From IMG/VR virus record IMGVR_UViG_3300045988_088004: a stretch of DNA of 34,282 nt; one strand, 5' to 3'. Numbering within the stretch: the first letter of the stretch is position 1; each line of letters starts with the position of its first letter. The stretch is from a virus. The notes beneath the pieces are model-generated. The model searched no databases, was not told the DNA's origin, and saw only the letters and a program-made list of their open reading frames with translations. Both the position numbers and the translations under genes were made by a program. Positions 15,880 to 22,656 of the stretch are shown in pieces.

Positions 15880-16272
15880 ATTAGACTTTTTATGTGAGAT
15901 AATAGTAATGTGAAATAATATAAAATGGTGGCCTATGAAAGAATTCCCGTACCAATAGGGAATTCACTATCTTTAGTAGGTAGTGATACTGAATAATAAA
16001 GGAACGCAATTAGACGTATTCTAATTAAAGGTAACTCAGACGAACATATTTTATTGAACTCGAGATAACAATAAAAACAATTCTAGGCAGAGAAGTGACG
16101 AAAGATTTTATTATTTAGTATCAGTATCTATTAAAGATACTAATATAAGCACCACAAACAGGTACGAACGGTGGAAGACAGCGACAAGCTGTCTAGAGGG
16201 TATAATTTTTTTTCATATTCTTTTATGTATCCTCTAGAGAGCTTATTAGAAGACTAGAAATAGTCTTTTTTT
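15880..16272 (+). ncRNA. Candidate structured ncRNA / late-operon leader (unclassified)
   Basis: About 0.4 kb with no credible ORF in a genome otherwise packed gene-to-gene. Hairpins: gaattccc/gggaattc (15941-15965), aattaga/tctaatt (16008-16026), agacagc/gctgtct (16176-16194), tctagagggta/tatcctctaga (16192-16238). Long-range gatactga (15985-15992) pairs with tcagtatc (16121-16128). Ends at the terminator 16250-16272. Boundaries and strand are inferred. Confidence 0.35.
16250..16272 (+). terminator. Rho-independent terminator 20 nt upstream of the holin start
   Basis: The stem is aagacta/tagtctt with a GAAA loop, followed by a T run to 16272. Confidence 0.7.
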
Positions 16273-16291
16273 ATTGCAGAAAGGAGAACTT

Positions 16292-16495
16292 ATGATACTA
16301 AATAATAAAGTTTTTACAGTTTTAAAATGGATATTAGCTACTGCTGTAGCTCCTACAATAGCACTAATTACAGGGCTAGGAGAATTATATAACTTTGATG
16401 CAACTTTAATAGTAGGAACAATATCACTAGTAGCATCATTTTTAGGGGCATTACTGGGAGTATCAAATTATAACTATCAAAAGAAGGAGGAGTAG
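16292..16495 (+). CDS. Holin (two TM helices, charged C-terminus)
   Basis: RBS aaaggaga precedes ATG 16292. Product MILNNKVFTVLKWILATAVAPTIALITGLGELY...IVGTISLVASFLGALLGV...QKKEE, immediately upstream of the endolysin. Confidence 0.75.
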   Translation: MILNNKVFTVLKWILATAVAPTIALITGLGELYNFDATLIVGTISLVASFLGALLGVSNYNYQKKEE

Positions 16496-16497
16496 TT

Positions 16498-17184
16498 ATG
16501 GCAAAATATATATCACCAGAAGAATTTATAAAGCAAACAGAAGGACACGCATATGATATGGACGGAGCATACGGAGTACAATGCGTAGACGGAATAAAAA
16601 AGTTCGTTCAAGACGTATATGGAGAAAGTAACTTCAGCTGTGGTAATGGCTGGGCTTACGGACTATGGGTATGCTACGGAACTAACGGAGTACAAAGATA
16701 CTTCGATAGAAAGCCATATAGCGAAGCTAAAGAAGGAGACTGGATCATTTGGAACTGGGGAAGCAAAGGTGCTTCAAAGAGCCACGTGGGAATGTTCATT
16801 AAGAACATAAACAGCAAGCTAGTACAAGTATACGGACAAAACCAGAACGGAAGAAAAGCATTTAGCTTCTGTAATACGTATAGAGAAGGTATTCTAGGTG
16901 TGCTAAGACCAAAGATATACGAGGATCAACCAGCACCAACAGAGCAATACATAAATATACCACCTTCAATAGAAGTAAGAAATATTTATAACAAAGATAC
17001 TAAGAAGCAATTCAATGTTATTAAACCTAAGAAGTTCGGAGGTTTAACATACAAGATTTATAACTTAGTAGAAAATGGATACTATGCAGAGATCCAGACA
17101 AGAGATTATGGTAGATGCCTAGTAAGAGTAACTAGTATGACACCTATTACTAATACTCCAATGTATAAGAACGGTAATTACTAG
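16498..17184 (+). CDS. Endolysin, N-terminal CHAP domain plus C-terminal cell-wall-binding domain
   Basis: CHAP catalytic Cys context YGVQCVDGIKKF and His context SHVGMF. RBS aaggagg. Adjacent to the holin. Confidence 0.85.
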   Translation: MAKYISPEEFIKQTEGHAYDMDGAYGVQCVDGIKKFVQDVYGESNFSCGNGWAYGLWVCYGTNGVQRYFDRKPYSEAKEGDWIIWNWGSKGASKSHVGMFIKNINSKLVQVYGQNQNGRKAFSFCNTYREGILGVLRPKIYEDQPAPTEQYINIPPSIEVRNIYNKDTKKQFNVIKPKKFGGLTYKIYNLVENGYYAEIQTRDYGRCLVRVTSMTPITNTPMYKNGNY

Positions 17185-17187
17185 GCT

Positions 17188-17553
17188 ATGTATAAGAGTT
17201 GTACGAGATGCGGAAAAGTACACGATACGAACTACAAATGCAACCATAATAGATATAAAAAAGATACAGAAGCAAGAAAGCTAAGGCAAAAAAATATATG
17301 GCATACTAAGTCTGAGGAGATCAGAAAGAAAAGTAATTATCTTTGTAGTGTATGTAGAGAAGAAGGAAGATACATATACAAAGGACTAGAGGTACACCAT
17401 ATCACACCAATAGAAGAAGACAGAGACAGACTACTAGATAACTATAATCTAATATGTTTATGTAATTCCTGCCATAGATTAGCAGAATTAGGAAAAATTG
17501 ATAAAGATTATCTTTTTAAGTTAGCAAAGGAAAGGGAAAAAAATGATAAATAA
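17188..17553 (+). CDS. HNH endonuclease (packaging-associated type)
   Basis: CTRCGK...C, CSVCREEG...EVHHITPIEE...NYNLICLCNSCH. HNH proteins accompany HK97-type TerS/TerL in cos phages. Confidence 0.85.
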   Translation: MYKSCTRCGKVHDTNYKCNHNRYKKDTEARKLRQKNIWHTKSEEIRKKSNYLCSVCREEGRYIYKGLEVHHITPIEEDRDRLLDNYNLICLCNSCHRLAELGKIDKDYLFKLAKEREKNDK

Positions 17554-18268
17554 TTATAATGTGTATATGCATATATTTCCTAACCAAAAAAAATATATAG
17601 GAATAACTTGCAGAAACCCACTTAAAAGGTGGGGACATAATGGATACGGATATAGGTTGCAACCTAAAGTATATAATGCAATTTTAAAATATGGCTGGGA
17701 TAATATAGAACATAAAATATTATTTACTGATTTATCAAAAAAAGAAGCAGAACAAAAAGAAATAGAACTTATAGCAAAATACAAAGCTACTAATATTAGA
17801 TATGGTTATAATATCGAGAATGGCGGTAATACGATAGGTAAACACAATAGAGAAACAATACAAAAGATTAGAGAAGCAAATATAGGTAAATTAGTTAGTG
17901 ATATTACTAAGAATAAAATAAGTAATGCTAATAAGGGCAGAGTTATTACTGAAGAAACTAGACAAAAGTTAATAGAAGCAGGTAAAAAACCTAAAAGTGA
18001 AATAGGAAAGCAACATATAAGAGAAGCTAAATTAGGAGAAAAAAACCCTATGTATAATAAACCTAAAAGTAAAGAGACAATAAAAAAATATCAATTATCA
18101 AGAGGGACAAAGAAAGTAATTCAATATGACTTAGAAGGAAACATTATAAGAATATGGGACAGTACTTATGATGCAAGTAAAGAATTAAATATTTGTTTAA
18201 AAAACATAAGAAGAAGTTGTATATCTAAATATAATGCTGGAGGTTATAAGTGGTTATATGTTGACTAG
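17543..18268 (+). mobile_element. Free-standing GIY-YIG homing endonuclease gene (I-TevI-like, NUMOD3 repeats, C-terminal HTH)
   Basis: GIY-YIG core VYMHIF...KKYIGIT...RW...NIENGGN. There are four repeats of the type ET.QKI.EAN.GK. The C-terminal pattern is VIQYDLEGNIIRIWDSTYDASKELNI...I. Lower-GC codon style than its neighbours. Overlaps the HNH stop by 11 nt. Confidence 0.85.
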
Positions 18269-18496
18269 AAAGTCTGACGACTAACCCGCCCCCAGTACGC
18301 TTAAGTAGTGGAAAACTTTTTTCAAAACCCACACGCCACCTTCAAACACAAAAAATATAAAAATACTATGTTTTTTTGGAAAAAACGCACAGAAACGCCG
18401 AAATAAGAGCGAAAACAGATAAAATAGGGTAAATAATCGAGAAAAATATAAAAAACGCCGTGTAAGGCTAAAAATAGGGATAGGAGCGATAATTAA

Positions 18497-18700
18497 ATGA
18501 AGTTAAAAGTAGAATACCTACCTATAGACGAGATAAAACCATACGAGAATAATGCTAAGATACACACTCCAGAACAGATAGAGCAAATCAAAGCAAGTAT
18601 CCAGCAATTCGGAATGAATGATCCTATAGGGATATGGAGTAAAGAGAATATCATAGTAGAAGGGCATGGACGATTACTAGCGTGCCAAGAGTTAGGATAA
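18497..18700 (+). CDS. ParB-like nuclease N-terminal domain, 5' fragment of a frame-broken ParB-methyltransferase gene
   Basis: IDEIKPYENNAKIHTPEQIEQIKASIQQFGMNDPI...EGHGRLLACQELG then TAA. The sequence continues seamlessly in the -1 frame. Confidence 0.8.
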   Translation: MKLKVEYLPIDEIKPYENNAKIHTPEQIEQIKASIQQFGMNDPIGIWSKENIIVEGHGRLLACQELG

Positions 18701-19761
18701 AAGAGATACCAGTAATAAGACTGGACGACCTAACAGACGAGCAAAGAAAAGCCTATACGCTCGCACACAACCAATTGACAATGAATACAGGATTTGACTT
18801 AGATATTCTAAATCAGGAGCTAGCAGATATCAGCATAGATATGCAGGAGTTCGGATTTGAAGACATAAATAAAGACGATTTTAATATCGAGGAAGACGAC
18901 TTCGAGTTCAACGAAGAAGAAATACCTGAAGCCAAAGCGAAACGAGGGGAAATCTACAAATTAGGAGAACATATCCTGATGTGTGGAGATAGCACAGCTC
19001 GACAGGACGTGGAAAAACTACTAAATGGAAAAATAGCAGACTTAGTAGTTACAGATCCACCATATAACGTAGCGATTTCTAATAGTCAGGGAATGACAAT
19101 AGAAAACGATGATATGTCAGACGAGAGCTTCAGGAAATTTCTAAATAGTGCATTTGAAAACATGAGTGATAGCCTAAAAGAAGGCGGAGCGTTTTACGTT
19201 TGGTATGCTTCCAGAGAACATATAAACTTTGAATCAGCATTACTAAATAATAACCTAACAGTAAGACAACAGCTAATATGGGTAAAGAACTCGTTAGTAC
19301 TTGGTAGACAAGACTACCAGTGGAGACACGAACCATGCTTATACGGATGGAAAGACGGAGAAGGTCATTATTTCATATACGACAGGACACAAAGTACAGT
19401 AATGGAGCAAAAAGAAATCGATATAGATAAACTAAGCCCAGAAGAAAGCAAAGAATTATTAAAAAAAATATATTCAGAAATACCATCCACGATAATAAAA
19501 GAAAACAAGCCACAGAAGAATAACCTACATCCAACTATGAAACCAATAGAACTAATAGGAAAGCTAATACATAACAGCTCAGAAAAAGGACAAATAGTTC
19601 TGGATTTATTCGGTGGATCAGGAAGCACACTAATAGCCTGCGAGCAGTTAGGAAGAAAGTGCTACATGATGGAATACGATCCGATATACGTGGATGCAAT
19701 TATACAAAGATATGAAGAATTTACAGGAAAGAAAGCAGAACTAATAAGTAGGGGAGATTAA
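18682..19761 (+). CDS. DNA methyltransferase (N6A/N4C beta class, DPPY), 3' part of the ParB-MTase gene
   Basis: IKEIPVIRLDDLTDEQRKAYTLAHNQL (rest of the ParB domain), motif IV VVTDPPYNV and motif I LDLFGGSGSTLIACEQLGR. Confidence 0.85.
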   Translation: MPRVRIKEIPVIRLDDLTDEQRKAYTLAHNQLTMNTGFDLDILNQELADISIDMQEFGFEDINKDDFNIEEDDFEFNEEEIPEAKAKRGEIYKLGEHILMCGDSTARQDVEKLLNGKIADLVVTDPPYNVAISNSQGMTIENDDMSDESFRKFLNSAFENMSDSLKEGGAFYVWYASREHINFESALLNNNLTVRQQLIWVKNSLVLGRQDYQWRHEPCLYGWKDGEGHYFIYDRTQSTVMEQKEIDIDKLSPEESKELLKKIYSEIPSTIIKENKPQKNNLHPTMKPIELIGKLIHNSSEKGQIVLDLFGGSGSTLIACEQLGRKCYMMEYDPIYVDAIIQRYEEFTGKKAELISRGD

Positions 19762-19765
19762 TGAA

Positions 19766-20563
19766 ATGATAGAAAAAGTAAACCCAAGCCACCCAGATAA
19801 AGTGGCAGACAGAATAGCAGGAGCAATAGTTGACCTTGCTTATACAAAAGAAGAAAATCCAAAGGTAGCAGTAGAAGTGCTAATAGGACATGGAGATTGC
19901 AAGATTATAATAGAAACTTCTGTATATATAGAATATGAAGAAATAAATAAAATTGTTGAAAGAATAACTAACAACAAAAATTTAAATGTAGAAATAAACG
20001 AAGTAGCACAGGATGAACACTTAGCCAAAAATCAAAGTAAAGAAATAAGATGTGGAGATAATGGAATATTTAAAGGTGTACCATTAACAGGCAACGAAAA
20101 AATGATTAGCAGATTAGCAAAACAAATATATGATGAATTTCCTTATGATGGAAAATATATACTAACAGATGATAAATTTATATGTTGCCAAAGTAATGCA
20201 ACAGACCACGATTTAAAAAAACTAATAGGAGATAGTGAAGATTATATTTTTAATCCATTAGGTTATTGGACAGGTGGAACAGATGTAGATACAGGAGCGA
20301 CTAATAGAAAGTTAGGTTCAGATATGGCACAAAGTGTTACTGGTGGAGGACTTCACGGTAAAGATTTATCTAAAGCTGATGTATCAGTAAATATCTACGC
20401 ATTCTTAAAAGCTCAAAAAACAGGAGAAACAGTAGAACTATGCTGTGCAATAGGTGATGACACAATAGATGGTAAGCCTTATAGCGAAATAGTTGAAATA
20501 GCAAGAGATTATATAAACAAAGTCGGTGGCTTTGAGAAGTTCGCAGAGTGGGGATTATTTTAA
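19766..20563 (+). CDS. metK: Compact S-adenosylmethionine synthetase homologue (265 aa)
   Basis: SHPDKVADRIAGAIVD resembles MetK GHPDKIADQISDA. CGDNGIF resembles GAGDQG. GGTDVDTGATNRKLGSD resembles GGPMGDCGLTGRKIIVD. GGGLHGKDLSKADVS resembles GGGAFSGKDPSKVDRS. Confidence 0.8.
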   Translation: MIEKVNPSHPDKVADRIAGAIVDLAYTKEENPKVAVEVLIGHGDCKIIIETSVYIEYEEINKIVERITNNKNLNVEINEVAQDEHLAKNQSKEIRCGDNGIFKGVPLTGNEKMISRLAKQIYDEFPYDGKYILTDDKFICCQSNATDHDLKKLIGDSEDYIFNPLGYWTGGTDVDTGATNRKLGSDMAQSVTGGGLHGKDLSKADVSVNIYAFLKAQKTGETVELCCAIGDDTIDGKPYSEIVEIARDYINKVGGFEKFAEWGLF

Positions 20564-20606
20564 AAAGACCATTATAAGATGAGATAAAAAGAAATGAGGT
20601 GGAATA

Positions 20607-20978
20607 ATGGCAAAAATGACATTAAACGAGCAAGCCCAAGAGATAATCAGAATAGCAGAAGAAAGCGGAGTTCAGAGTAACTTCTTTTTTATAACTACAT
20701 TTAAAAGATATCAAGTTCAACTAAATATGCTAACAGAACTAGAAAAGAAGATGAAGGACGACGGGATGCTAGTTACTAAAGAATACGTAAAAGGCAGAAA
20801 GAATTTATATTCTAACCCAGCACTAAAAGAATACAATACAACAACAGACAGTGCGAACAGAACAGTATCAACACTAATGAAAATAATTAAGAACTACAAC
20901 GTGGACGACGGAGAAACAGAAGTAGAAGAAGATCCACTACTAAAAGCTATAAACGGTAGTGACGACTATGAAGAATAA
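20607..20978 (+). CDS. terS: Terminase small subunit (P27-like)
   Basis: 123 aa directly upstream of and overlapping TerL. The pattern ...FKRYQVQLNMLTELEKKM...LVTKEYVKGRKNLYSNPALKEYN is typical of P27-family TerS. Confidence 0.7.
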   Translation: MAKMTLNEQAQEIIRIAEESGVQSNFFFITTFKRYQVQLNMLTELEKKMKDDGMLVTKEYVKGRKNLYSNPALKEYNTTTDSANRTVSTLMKIIKNYNVDDGETEVEEDPLLKAINGSDDYEE

Positions 20979-22647
20979 GGCGTACGATTTTTGTAAGATA
21001 TCAGTAAATCAGGAGACTACTCCTAAATACGTAAAATTACAAATGCAGGAGTTTATAGACACAGTAGAAGACAAAGACAAAAAATATACCATAAACGAAA
21101 CTAAACTAAAACAAGTAAATAATATATTAAAGCTATTAGTAATGCCTAAAGGACTAAAAGCAGGACAGACGCTATACGAATGTACTACAGGCTATCAATG
21201 GCTTTTTTATATAGCTATACTATGTACGGTATATAGAAGCAACCCTAAAAAAAGAAGATACGAAATAGGAGTACTAGAGATATGCAGGAAGAACTTTAAA
21301 ACGTTTACGATAGCGACTATCTTTATACTACTATTCTTAACAGAGCCGAAGTTCTCTAAGTTTTTTAGTGTAGCTCCAGACGGAGCATTATCTAGAGAAG
21401 TAAGAGAAGCGATAAGCGAAATTATCAGGAGTTCGCCTTTGATATACGAGTACAAAGATAATAAAAGATTTAAGATCCTGAGAGATTATATTCTTTTCAA
21501 GCCGACGCAGGTAACATACATTCCGTTAAGTTATTCTACAAGTAGATTAGACGGAAGATTACCGAACGCCTTCATAGTAGACGAGGCAGGAGCATTACCA
21601 ACCAGCTACGCTATCGAAAGTATGAAGTCAGGACAATTAAACATACTAAATAAATTAGGCTTTATAATCAGTACTAAATATCCTACAATAGATAACCCTT
21701 TCGAAGACGAAGTAAATTACTCTAAGAAGGTACTAGACGGACTAGAGAAGGACGAGACTAGATTTAGTTTATTATACGAGCCAGATAAGACGAAGGACTG
21801 GGAAACGGACGATATGATCCTAAAGCAAAGCAACCCTGTGGCATTAGAGATACCAGAGATATGGAACGACCTAGTAAAAAAAAGAGCGTACGCAATAGCC
21901 GTAGAGAGTGCGAGGGAAAACTTCGTAACAAAGCATTGCAATATTATATATCAGGGAGCAGGAACAGAAACCTATATAGACGTAAAAGACGTACAGGAGT
22001 GCAAACAAGCTAAAATAAACTGGAACGGTAGAGTAGTATACGTAGGACTAGACCTATCAGAGAGTAACGATAATACCAGCGTAAGCATGGTTACAGTAGA
22101 CGACAATAACAATATACTAGCTGACAGCTTTGCCTTTATTCCAGAGGGAAGAATAGAAGAAAAAACAGTAACAGAGAAGGTAAATTACAGGGAACTAATA
22201 AGAACAGGAAAAGTAATAGCCTGCGGAGACAAAGTAATAGACTACGCAGTAGTAGAAGACTTTATATTAAATCTAGAGACTAAATACGGAGTACAGATCC
22301 AAGCTATAGGATATGACCGCTGGAATGCACTTAGTACAGCTCAGAAACTAGAGCGAGCAGGATATAACCTAGTAGAGATCAGACAGCACTCTAGCGTATT
22401 ACACCCACCTACAAAGTTACTAAAAGAAAAGATACTAGCTAAAGAGTTCCAATACGAAAATAATACGCTACTAGAAATCAACTTCCAGAACGCAAGATGC
22501 ACGTATGACACAAATAAAAATATGTACGTACACAAAAAGAAAAGCACAGGAAAAGTAGATATGGTAGTTTCAATGCTAAACGCAATATATCTACTACAGC
22601 AAGACGTATTTTTAAATCAGATGGACTTTGCTATTCAGGTATTTTAG
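20968..22647 (+). CDS. terL: Terminase large subunit
   Basis: Terminase_1-type ATPase (RKNFKT Walker A-like, FIVDEAG Walker B) and nuclease half (VYVGLDLSESNDNTSVSMV...GYDRWN). The maximal ORF starts at GTG 20959. Confidence 0.9.
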   Translation: MKNKAYDFCKISVNQETTPKYVKLQMQEFIDTVEDKDKKYTINETKLKQVNNILKLLVMPKGLKAGQTLYECTTGYQWLFYIAILCTVYRSNPKKRRYEIGVLEICRKNFKTFTIATIFILLFLTEPKFSKFFSVAPDGALSREVREAISEIIRSSPLIYEYKDNKRFKILRDYILFKPTQVTYIPLSYSTSRLDGRLPNAFIVDEAGALPTSYAIESMKSGQLNILNKLGFIISTKYPTIDNPFEDEVNYSKKVLDGLEKDETRFSLLYEPDKTKDWETDDMILKQSNPVALEIPEIWNDLVKKRAYAIAVESARENFVTKHCNIIYQGAGTETYIDVKDVQECKQAKINWNGRVVYVGLDLSESNDNTSVSMVTVDDNNNILADSFAFIPEGRIEEKTVTEKVNYRELIRTGKVIACGDKVIDYAVVEDFILNLETKYGVQIQAIGYDRWNALSTAQKLERAGYNLVEIRQHSSVLHPPTKLLKEKILAKEFQYENNTLLEINFQNARCTYDTNKNMYVHKKKSTGKVDMVVSMLNAIYLLQQDVFLNQMDFAIQVF

Positions 22648-22656
22648 GAGGGTAAT

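Noticed and set aside
15926-15997. 23-aa ORF (MVAYERIPVPIGNSLSLVGSDTE) and other mini-ORFs inside the 15.9-16.3 kb gap.
   Set aside because: There is no RBS, and the ORF coincides with the strongest hairpin (gaattccc/gggaattc). An RNA-structure explanation is preferred.
21270-21300. TerL Walker A reads RKNFKT rather than the RKNGK(S/T) I expect for this terminase family.
   Set aside because: The Lys-Thr pair and the downstream Walker B (FIVDEAG) are intact. Deviant P-loops are common in large terminases. I cannot judge significance without an alignment.
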